Positions 13,401-25,400 of a stretch of 64,000 bases of DNA are shown here, piece by piece. This DNA is from Stegostoma tigrinum. Its lineage: Eukaryota. A program made the position numbers and the translations under genes. The notes beneath the pieces were generated by a model. That model was not told the DNA's origin. It made no database searches and saw only the letters and a list, made by a program, of their open reading frames with translations. Numbering within the stretch: position 1 is the first letter of the stretch; every line of letters starts with the position of its first letter. Location: positions 11,939,049-12,003,048 of the forward strand of contig NC_081376.1 of the NCBI RefSeq assembly GCF_030684315.1. The letters are read 5' to 3'.

Positions 13401-16400
13401 CTGCAGAAAACTGCAACACTAAGGGACTTTGAGGTACTAAAGTATGAAACACAGAAACCTAGCACACAAGGGCAGCGGATAATCAGGAAGGATTATGGAA
13501 TGTTGGGCCTTATTTCAAGAGGGTTGGAGTATAAGAATAGGGTATCTTATTGCAACTGTACAAGGTGCTGGTGAGATCATATATGGAGCACAGAGAGCAG
13601 TTTTGGCCCCCTTTATTTAAGGAAAGATATCATTTCACTGGAGATAGTCCAGGGAAGATTCACTAGGATGATGGTATGGAGGGATTATCTTAAACAAGTT
13701 GGGACTCTATTCACTGGAGTTTAGAAGAATGAGAGTTGATCTCACTGAAACATACTGGATTCTTACGGGGCTTGACAGAGTAAATGCTGAGAGGGTTTTC
13801 CCTCCTGGGAGAGTCTCGGATCAGAGGGAACAGTCTAAGAACAAAGGGGCACCAATTTAAGATTGAGAGGAGGAAGAGGAATGTCTTCTCTGATGATTAA
13901 GAATTCCTTACCGCAGAGTACTGTGGGGACAGAGACCTTGTGTATGTTTAAGGCTGCGATAGATTCTTGATCAGCCGGGAAATGAAGGGTCACAGGAAAA
14001 TTGGATATGAAGAATGTTGGATCAGCCACAATCTTATTGAATAGCAGAGCAGGCATGAGGGGCCAAATGACACTCTCCTGATTCACTGGGATAAGTGCCA
14101 CCCTACAAAACATACAAACACACAACCAGAACAAGAGTAAGCCATTCATCCCCTCAATCCTGCTCTAACAATTTAATAAAATCACTGATCCAATTGGAAC
14201 CTCAAATCCACATTCCCGGCTAACCACGTTCACCACCTTGCTTACCAAGAATCTATCCATCACTCATCCTCCTCTTCTCTACCTGCAGTAGATGACCACT
14301 TAGTTTTAGTCAGTGACCCTTAATTTTAGATTCTCCCACAAGAGGAAACATCATTTCCACACTCAATCTGTCAAGCCCCCTCAGGATCTAATGTTTTTAC
14401 CAAATTGTGCCTTGCAGTCCTAATTTCTAGCAGATACAAGTCTACTGTTGAAAATTATCTCAAAAGACAGCCTGCCCAGTCCACATTTACAGCCTTCCTT
14501 ATATAGGAGACCAATACTGTACACTGTATCCAGATGTGGTCTTACTAGTGTCCTGTAGAATAGAAACAATAACCTACTTACTCCCCTTGCAATAAACAAA
14601 AATATTTTATTAGCTTTCCTAATTACTTCCTGTACCGGCATACAAGCAGTTTGTGATTCATGCATTATCACAACCACATCCATCTGGAATCCCTCATCAT
14701 TTAGATAATACGATTCTTTCCTTTTTTCCTGCCAAAGTGCATGATTTCACACCATCTCCTCTCACACTAACTTCAACACTGCCCACACATCTCACCAAGG
14801 CTCAATGATGACAACATTGTAGCATTGTCTCCACTTCACAGTTCTCATTCACCTCACCCTCCCAAGGCTTTTCCTGCTCTCTGCAGTTTCTATCCGCTAA
14901 CTCATTCATTGCAGTCACCTTACCACCTCTTCTGCTCTCACATCAAAGCTAACTCCTCTTGCATTCACTTCCAATGTACTCAATCTCTCCCTTTGTCTCA
15001 CTGCAGGATAGATCTTCCCACCACCCTGTCGGATGTCTCAACGCCACCCTGAATGATCCACTTGTAATTCCTTGATCTGGTTACACTTAACCTTCAGGAC
15101 TGATTGTGGTCTGATTCTGGGACTGCCAGGACACAGATCTCTCGCCTCCAACAGAACTTGTGTCAATGAATGGATGAGGAAGATGGTAGCTATGGAACCA
15201 AGCAGTTACATAGTGGCCACAACAAGCACCTGTTGAGATGTATCCACCAGGCACCCAGTCTGATCAGGAATTTGTGTGTCTAGCTTCTTGGTGGGAGGAG
15301 AGGTGCTTTGGAAGTGAAGTATAAATAAGGTGAGTTAGGGTTTTAATAATATACAAGCACTTTGAAATAAAGGTCATTGCTACTCAATGGCAAAATTCTG
15401 AAGTCACTATTTAAGCCTAGACAGGAATATCAGGAAACAAATTCCTCAACATCAAGAATCAGCTATTTTTCATTCCAAATGCATTTGCCTTCATTTTTTG
15501 CTACTGTTCACACTACACCAGGCAGGGGTCAATCCTACTCAGTACATTTCCTTTCTCTCAGAAAATATTGAATGGAGAATGTTTTATCAAGTCTTCAGAA
15601 GCAAAGGTTTCCATTTTATCCCTATCTCTTGTTACAGTCCAAACAAAATTTGAATTCAGGGTTTAAAACATGCTCTTTAAGAAGCCATACAATCAGAAGC
15701 TTCGTGCTAATCCATACCGTATTCAGATTTGGGCTATTACTTAGAATAAGAGCAAGGGTATCCACATTCATTATGTTCCATGTGATAATTTCCTCAGGGC
15801 TATACACAGTAATAATGAAACCCAGCTGTCGGATCCGTTCTTCTGGCAGTCCGTTTACGTATATCTGTTCCAAAATATCAAAAAAAGTATATTCAATCAG
15901 TTTAAAGCACGCAAGTTGTCAAAACTACCAGATGAATTTTACCAGATATTGACTCAGTGTCAAATTTGGCGAGCTTCACAGAAGGAATTTCCCTGTGAGC
16001 CCTAGCAAGGCTTCTCACCCAATTCTCCAAAACTCACCAAGTGTCTATGAACCAGGCCTCTACCCTATCTTCCTTCTCACATAAGGCAGAAGTACTCTCC
16101 ATTGTCAGGATCTTGCAAAACCCCTGGCCCATCTGGCCGTGCTCCCACTGCCAGACAGAAGTTGCTCTGGCTTGGTACGACTGAGGATTACTCTCCTTAG
16201 GCTTTGAGACTTTGCCATTTGATTGAAGTACATGCAGTGTGTTTGTTGCATGAGTTGCTGGCAGATGGTGCATTCTGACCTTGCTTTAGAATGGTGCCAA
16301 TCAGCAATGTGACAGATCGCTACTGGCAACTGTGTCAAGCTGCCTGGCTTTGTGTTTGCACTTGAAAAAAGGGAAGCAAGGCAAGGCAGGGACTCTGTGA

Positions 16401-19400
16401 GCATCCAAATAGGTGGAAAGCGATGGACACTAAGAGAGTGAGCAAAGAGTTTTGGGAAGCAGCCTGATTGAATCATTGAAGTAGGCACCTGTTCTTGTGC
16501 ACAATGCCCTGTCAACAGCATTGCAATAAAAGGGCTGTGTGCTCTAGAGTACAGCACTGACACAGAGATCGTATTATATATGGATCAGCGATGTGTCATA
16601 TGGCTACAGTCTGGCTCATACATGTCCAACATCAATGTTTGTGGCTTGGGGGCATGGGGAGCATGTGCTCACTGCCCCACAGAGCATGCTCCTAGATGTT
16701 AGCCTGGTGTCCAAGATGGAGGGCTGTGGGAACAAGCAGCAAGTCATTGCTCCAACTTTCATGTCAGGAATTGCTACTGTCCAGTTTCAATCCACTGGGG
16801 TGGAGAATGGGAAATTGAGTATCAATGAAGTGAAATGAGTTCTCATGGAAGAGCAGCAGCCAGCAAATTAATACATTGGCCTCTCACCATTCATTCTCAT
16901 GTTCGTTCAGAACATGGTTGGAGATGTGGAGAATCTAGTGTTTGGCAATTTTGTTATATTTTACCAACTGACTCACCAATGCTCACATCATTCTAGAGTT
17001 GGGAACAGACAAACCTATAGTTTCAACATTACCTAATGCTATGTAACGGCTGGGTCATGAACAAAGGTCAGAATTTTGCAAGACTTTAGATATTTTAACA
17101 TGTAATTTCAAAAATATTAAGTGGCTCTCTGTTGGGGAGGGGATGTGGGGAAGTGTTTCACAAGGGAGGGTTCCATTCTTATGTTAATTCCTGGCCAACA
17201 TCTCTGATTCTGCCGACCTGAACACCTTCTTTCAAATCCTTTACCCAACCCTACATCCCTGGCTTTGTCATGTCATTGGCATGCAGCAGAGCCAACCCAT
17301 TTTTGCCAACTCATGGTCCCCATTAGCAGCTCTTCATTCTGCCTGGTTTACCGTTACTATCCCTTCGGTCTGCCTAACTGTTACCCTCCCTCTCTCTCTC
17401 TCTCTCTCTCTGTCTCTCCCTAGGCTCCATTTCTGCCTATCCACTCAATCATTCCCCTCCTCCCCCTATCTTGAGCATATATACCACCTTTTCAGAGCTA
17501 CCATCAGTTCTGAGGAAGGGTCACTGAACTCAAAATCTTAACTCTACTTTCTGTCACCACAGATGCTGCCAAATCTGTTGGGTTTCTCCAACATTTTCTG
17601 TTTTTCGTTTCAGATTTCTGGCATCTGCATTTCTTTGTTTTCCTTGAAATACCCTGGTTGTGGTTAACCAAGTGGTCGCATGAATGATCCACAACCAGGA
17701 CCTAAATGTATCCTGCCTGGAACTATCCTGCAGCAAAGTAGGGTATCTCAGCCCGGAGCTGTCAATAACGACTGTGAGATTTCTTTCTTTTGGCATCACT
17801 ACAATAGAACGCAATGTAGATTTTCCCAGTTTGCACACAGGCAAGTGTGGTCTAGCAATTGGCCACTCTTTCAGTGACAATTTTAATGTTGACAATTCCT
17901 TGTCTTCTCCATTCACTCTTTCCAAACCTTCTGTTGGTTCTTTCTGGAATATCTCAAGGTCATCAAATCTCATGGGTTAAAGTCAATCCAATCCCCAACA
18001 CTGCAATATGAAGTGCACCAGGATTTTCAGACAGCTTGGAATCAATCGGTCATTAGGCTTTACAAAATGACTGTCAAAATGAGCAGCAATGGATGGTTCC
18101 CTGGTGGTGGGTTGCTTAGAGTACTGTGAAAGCATTTAGCAGGGGCAAAAAACACATTATTAAATGATACATTCTTACCTCTCCCAGTTTCCCTTTTATG
18201 GCAAGAAGCTGCTCTCTGCTCAAAGCTATTTTTCCCAGTTGAGTGAGGTTTGCTATCAACACACTATTGTTCAAACAAGCATCTAATTGGCTGGGTGAAT
18301 AAGATGCCAGGCGCAATGAATTACTGATCATTTCTCCTTTGATGAAGCCCATGGTACAATCTGTAAAAATAAATTTATTTACTGTGTTAGAACCATACAG
18401 ATGTCAATTTGCAGCACAGTGGCTCAGTGGTTAGCATTGCTACCTCATACACCGGGGACCCAGGTTTGATTCCAGCCTTGGGCAACTGTCTGTGTGGAGT
18501 TTGCATATTCCCCCTGTGTCTGCGTGCATTTCCTCCCATAGTTCAAAGATGCGCATATTAGGTGGATTGGCCAGCTTAAACTGTCCATAGTGTCTAGGGT
18601 GGGAAATGCAGGGATAGGTTATGGGGTGGGTCTGGATGGGATGATCTTCGGAGGGTCGGTGTGGATTTGATGAGCAAAATGGCCTGATTCTTTGAAAATG
18701 TCGAACAGAACTGATGAAACATTCACAGTCGATTCTCAAGTTTTCCATGCACTAACTGCGAGTTATATTATTTGGAAGGTTTTTCACCAAGAAGCACATT
18801 GAGTTTTCTCACCATATTTTATTAAACATGCCTCATTAACTATCGATTCCACTCCTACAGTAATCCTCAGATCTGATTCTGTTCTGTTTAACCATGCACT
18901 GCTCCCAGAAGAGCTCACCACGACTGGCCAGAATTCACCAGTGCCCTCACCATCTTTAAAAGTCCACTGTCATTTGGGAGCTGCCCCATGCTGTTCCTGT
19001 CATTTAGCTCAGAAATGGTGGATGGATGGGGTGAATGAGTGGGGACGTCCTCTTTTGGACAGTTTCTTGGGGACTGGTTGTTGCTGGCACAGGATGCCCT
19101 CCATTCCCAGGACTAGCAGCAGAGTCAATGACGCCAAACCTTGCCAACCTAATCTCAGCCATCCAGCAGCATAGTAAGGGGAAGGGCAATGACCTCTGCA
19201 CTCTGCCAGCGTAAGTGTGACCACCTTCTCTCCAATGCCTCACACTCACTCCATCTCTGCTACAGTAGCCACCTCCCGCTAACTTTCATGCGCTGCTATT
19301 GCCTACAGCACTGCTTACTCACTCAGTTGAGACATCTGCAACACTGTTGCGCCCTTTATTGTTCCAGAAGGAAACACAAGGAGGGATGTCTTGCTGCACT

Positions 19401-22400
19401 AGTGCCAAGCAGTGAGACCACTCTTGGAGTATTACGTACAGTTTTGATCTCCTTATCTGAGGAAGGATGTCCTGGCTGTGGAGGGAGTTCAACAAAGGTT
19501 TACCAGACTGATTCCTGGGATGGTAGGACTGGAAAATGAAGAAGAATTGGATTGTTTAGGATTATAGCCACTGGAGATTAGAAGAATGAGGGGGTTTCTC
19601 AGAAACATATAAAATTCCAAAAGGACTAGACAGGGTACTTTTTGGAAGGATGTTCCTGGTGATCAGGGAGTGCAGAACCATGGCTCACAGTTTAAGCGTG
19701 CGGAGGAGGCCTTTTAGGACAAGGACGAGGAGAAATGTCTTCACCCAGACAGTAGTGAGACTGTGGAATTCCCTGCCACAGAAAGCAGTTGAAGTCAAAA
19801 CGTTGAATATTTTCAAGGAAGAGGTAGATACAGTTATTAGGATTAGAGAGATTATGAGATGAAAGCAGGAACAGGGTCCTGAATCAAATGATCCACCATG
19901 ATCATAATGAATGACACAGCAGGCTTGAAGGGCCGAATGGCTTGTACTACTCCTTATTTTCGGTGTTTCTGAGAAAGCAGCTGGACTGAGTCAAGACAGT
20001 TCTGGGCTGTCCAAATTTCAGCCCCTGACCCCTGATGAGCAGAAACAACTGACTGACCATGTTCAAATCCTGGACTACTATCAGAGGCTGCTCTTGGCTT
20101 ACTGCACTGTGAGGCCTTGGCTTTGCTGGGAGCCCCTGGCTGAAAGCTTTCCCCCTCCTATGCTTGACTGAAGTTTATTGACAACCATAGTATGCTGCAT
20201 TTGTGTAAAGCAGCAAAGAAAGACAGAGTAATATGAGCCTGTTATCTCTGGCTGAGGGGGCAAAGCACATAAATGGAAGGCAGGCATTCTGCGAGCACCA
20301 GGCAGGCTCAGAGAGAGTGAGCACTGACAGCGAGCTAAGAGCCTGGAGATACAGTCTGGGCCCAGTCCGCAAGCTTTGTGCCTATCCCTAAGCACAGTGT
20401 CATTCCTGCAGCATTACAATGAGAGTTGCTGGTGAAGACCAAGGTGCAGGATTTGAAGAGCACAAGTGCCCTGCAAGTGTCAGCATAAGCTGGCACATGT
20501 CAGATGCCAACATCTATGAATGTGGGGTGATGTGTGGCTAGTGCCCATGCAGGTCCCTCTGAGATATTGGTGCCTATGTCCAGCATGCTGATTCTTTACC
20601 ACCAGTTTCCCTCAACATCCCACATGTCAAAGTTGCTGGAAAAACTCAGCAAGTCTGGCAGCATCTGCGGAGGAGAAAACAGAGTTAACATTTCGGGCCC
20701 AGTGACCCTTCCTCAGAACCAGACCCAAAACGTTAACTCTGTTTTCACCTCCACAGATGCTGCCTAACCTGCTGAGCTTTTCCAGCAACTTCTCTTTTTG
20801 TTCCTGATTTACAGCATCTGCAGTTCTTTTGGTTTTTATCCTACAGGTCAAGATTTCTCGGTGTCTACCTACTTGGTGTGCTTGGAGGAGATGGGAAGCT
20901 GAATACTAATAAGAGAAGTTGGGCCTTTAGTAAGGCATTTATCGAGATATAATCCTCCTTGATTGGTAATTCACAGCTGACTAGTGTGAAACGTCACCCT
21001 TGTTCAGCAAAGACAGCAAAGATACAGTGAGATGGTCCCAATACCTAGCCTGATTTCTCATCCAATACTTCCACATAGGCCGTATAACTCAGAGCCCTGG
21101 GATCCTGCTGACGTAGCATATCTGAACTTTGAAGAGACTGTAGAAAATGTACAAAATGTTGTTGCATTCACCTGATAATCCGCACTTTCTTCAGAACAAG
21201 AAGACTGAGGGAAAACGAAAATGGGAAAGGGTAGTTCAGCTCCTCACTCTATCTGATGTCCAGTTATAATTATTCTGTGATAAGCTGGTTAGCAAAAATG
21301 TCACTTTAAGTCTGGAACACATTAATTTTTCACTCAGTTTTACTCCTGCACTATCAGGGAACCAGATAGTTATAGTGCCCCTTTAAGAGCTGGCTCTTCA
21401 GTTAATTCTCACTAATTGTTTTTCAGAATTCTATAAACCTTTCCTAAGGCAACTGAAGCAGCTATTCCTAACATCTGGGCCATTTTTGAGGCAGCAATGG
21501 TAGCTGTGGAGCTGCGGGTCCAATTTTTGATTTCATTTATTATTGTTATATGTACCACGATACAGCGAAATGTATTGTTTTGCATGCTATCCAGACAAAT
21601 CATAACTTGCAGAAGTACATCAGCGTAATAAAGCAGAATGCAGGATATAGTCTTGTAGAAGGTGCAGAGCCAACTCTAACATATGAGAGATCTCTTCACA
21701 AGTCTAATAGCAGCGAGAAAGAATCTTATGGTACGGGTTTTCAAACTTTTGTATTTTCTGCCCAATGGACAGAGTATAACCGGGGTGGAAAGGGTCTTTG
21801 ATAATGTTGACTGCTTTCCCAGGAAGCGTCAATTCTGAGTCAGGCTGTCAGCCTGTACAGTTCTGGCAGCTTTTCGGCATGGTTTAATCCAATGAGCTGA
21901 GGCTGGACTACAGACACCAACAGACCCTGTAAAACGATAGCTGTTTTGGCTTTTCTGTCCCCGTGTCCCCACTGTTTGAATCTCCAACCCATGAGGAACA
22001 AAGCGCTTCCTCCCGAACTCCATCCCGCCTCCGCAATTGCCATTTGATCATTGCGCCACGTGTGGAACATTGAAATGCAGCCACAGCTGAAATATGTTTG
22101 AGAAGCATTGATGCAGCAAGAGGGAAGGCCTCTGGTGGCCAGTGATAGTGTCCCTACTTCTGAGCCCAGAGACTTAGGTTCAAGTCCCACCTACTCCAGA
22201 GGTGTGTCATGACATCTCTGAGCAGATTGTTTAGGAAAGATATACTCTTAGGGAAAGGAATGCTGTTTGCTACAGCAATATCCCCATTTCTACATTGTGT
22301 TACTGAATATTTGCTTGGGTTTATTCTATACTTCAGCTGTAATCAGAAATTAAATTTGAGCAGTTGTTACTGTTGTATGTGGAATAGACAGGACAATGCA

Positions 22401-25400
22401 GCCAGTGATCCATCACAATACAGATGGAATTCATTTAGTGTTGTTCTCCAACAGGAACTTAATTTATGCATTTCATGTGATTCTATTATGTTTTTATATC
22501 AATAATAATGTCACAAACAATAGGGGCACTGAGACTGCCGCACCATCAGTGGATCCTACTCCACTGTCAAGTGTCATGTAAACTTTTTTAAACCTTGCTA
22601 AGGAAGAAAGCATTGGCAAACACTTCCTCAGAGCCCTTAGTTACTCAGTATCTTCAATAGCACAGGGAGCGGGGGTGAAGGCTGTCACTATAGTAGGATT
22701 ATAGAATCATGGCAGAGAGCAGCACCACAGAACTATGAAGCAGTAACCTTGCAATAAAGAGCTAAAGCCTCATGATCTGGCCAAGGGCAGTTAGCAGGAT
22801 ATGTTCGGTTGCCTCAGTCAGATGTATGCATGCTATTGTCTGATACTCACCGGTGGCCCGTCTCATTCTCCTTTTAGATACCATCTGGCTGGAGCTTTGT
22901 GACATGTTCTCTCCAACACCCTGCAGATTGCAAAGTAATTACTTAACTTTCAATTTGTTTATGTATTACAGCTTCAATGAACAATGAAGTAACTCACTGT
23001 AAACATTGATATCAAGTATATTGCACGCTACTAGGTCAGAAATCACATGACACACTGGTTTATTTGAAAGCACAAGCTTTTGTAGTCCTGCTCCTTCTTC
23101 AGGGATTAGTGAGAGAGGTGGCATCAGACACTTTGAAATTTGGTGTGTGATACTACCTCTCTCACCAACACCTGAAGAAGGAGTGGGACTCCAGAAGCTT
23201 GTGCTTTCAAATAAACCTGTTGGACTATAACCTGGTGCAGTGTGATTTATGGCCCTGTCCACTTCAGTCAAACACTGGCACCTCCACATCATTACGTGCC
23301 ACTAATCAGCATGTGGCATAGACTGCCTTCATTGCTATTCAATGGAGTCTGTTGCTTTTACATGCACTGCAGGAAAATAGTTGCATTGAGCCCAATATCA
23401 GTTACAGGGATCGTAACATGCAATCTACTTGCCCCTGGTCCCACTGAAGCAAGCAGAACCTGCATTTGGTGCAGCCTTCTTATTGACAGTACATGACACC
23501 ATCCCTGTGCATTCCTAGCTGAAATAACTCACTACATCCTTCACTTAGCACTATTACTGGTTATATTCGAATTGGATTTTTCGACAGTATTCACTCTAGA
23601 AAATGACAATGTTGTTGAGGAGAGTACTGAGATACAGGCTACTAGACTAGGTGGGATTGAGGTTCACAAGGAAGAGGTATTAGAAATCCTACAGAGGGTG
23701 AAGATAGATAAGTCCCCTGGGCCGGATGGGATTTATCCTAGGGTCCTCTGGGAAGCCAGGGAGGAGATTGCCAAGCCTTTGACATTGACCTTTAACTCGT
23801 CATTGTCTACAGGAATAGTGCCAGAAGACTGGAGGATAGCAAACGTGGTTCCCCTGTTCAAGAAGGGGAGTAGAGACAACCCTGGTAATTATAGACCAGT
23901 GAGCCTTACTTCAGTTGTTGGTAAAGTGTTGGAAAAGGTTATAAGAGATAGGATTTATAATTATCTAGAAAAGAATAATTTGATTAGGGATAGTCAGCAC
24001 GGTTTTGTGAAGGGAAGGTCGTGCCTCGCAAACCTTATTGAGTTCTTTGAGAAGGTGACCAAACAGGTAGATGAGAGTAAACCGGTTGATGTGGTGTATA
24101 TGGATTTCAGCAAGGCATTCGATAAGGTTCCCTGCAGTAAGCTATTGTATAAAATGCAGATGAATGGGATTGTGGGAGATATAGCAGTTTGGATTGGAAA
24201 TTGGCTTGCTGAAAGAAGACAGAGGGTGGTAGTTGATGGGAAATGTTCATCCTGGAGACCAGTTACTAGTGGTGTACCACAAGGGTCGGTGTTGGGTCCA
24301 CTGCTGTTTGTTATTTTTATAAATGACCTGGATGAGGGCGTAGAAGGATGGGTTAGTAAATTTGCAGATGACACCAAGGTCGGTGGAGTTGTGGATAGTG
24401 ACGCAGGATGTTGTAGGTTACAGAGAGACATAGATAAGCTGCAGAGCTGGGCTGAGAGGTGGCAAATGGAGTTTAATGCAGACAAGTGTGAGGTGTTGCA
24501 CTTTGGTAGGAGTAACCAGAATGCAGAGTACTGGGCTAATGGTAAGATTCTTAGTAGTGTAGATGAGCAGAGAGATCTCAGTGTCCATGTACACAGATCC
24601 TTGAAAGTTGCCACCCAGGTTGACAGGGCTGTTAAGAAGGCATACAGTGTTTTAGCTTTTATTAATAGAGGGGTCGAGTTCCGGAACCATGAGGTTATGC
24701 TGCAGCTGTACAAAACTCTGGTGCGGCCGCACTTGGAGTATTGTGTACAGTTCTGGTCACCGCATTATAAGAAGGATGTGGAAGCTTTGGAAAGGGTGCA
24801 GAGGAGATTTACAAGGATGTCTCCTGGTATGGAAGGAAGGTCTTATGAGGAAAGGCTGAGGGACTTGAGGCTGTTTTCGTTAGAGAGAAGAAGGTTGAGA
24901 GGTGACTTAATTGAGACATATAAAATAATCAGAGGGTCAGATAGGGTGGATAGGGAGAGACTTTTTCCTAGGATGGTGACAGCGAGCACGATGGGGGCAT
25001 AGCATTAAATTGAGGGGTGAAAGATATAGGACAGATGTCAGAGGTAGTTTCTTTACACAGAGTAGTAAGGGAATGGAACGCTTTGCCTGCAAAGGTAGTA
25101 GATTCGCCAACTTTAAGTACATTTAAATCGTCATTGGACAAGCATATGGACGTACATGGAATAGTGTAGGTTAGATGGGCTTCAGATTGGTATGACAGGT
25201 CGGGACAACATCAAGGGCCGAAGGGCCTGTACTGTGCTGTAATGTTCTATGTTAATATATTCTATGTTAATATGGATGACACTGACTAGCCTCTGCTAAG
25301 TACACACTTCAAAGGCTCATGAGTATCATTTGAAATGTTAACGCTTTCACTGTCACTAGCTCATGTTTATGGTGATAACAGCCCATGAAGAGCACAGGCC

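Noticed and set aside
18411-18480. tRNA-like sequence
   Set aside because: It is the tRNA-derived head of a SINE, not a complete cloverleaf gene.
23994-24713. 239-aa minus-strand ORF
   Set aside because: Antisense shadow of the CR1 reverse transcriptase frame.
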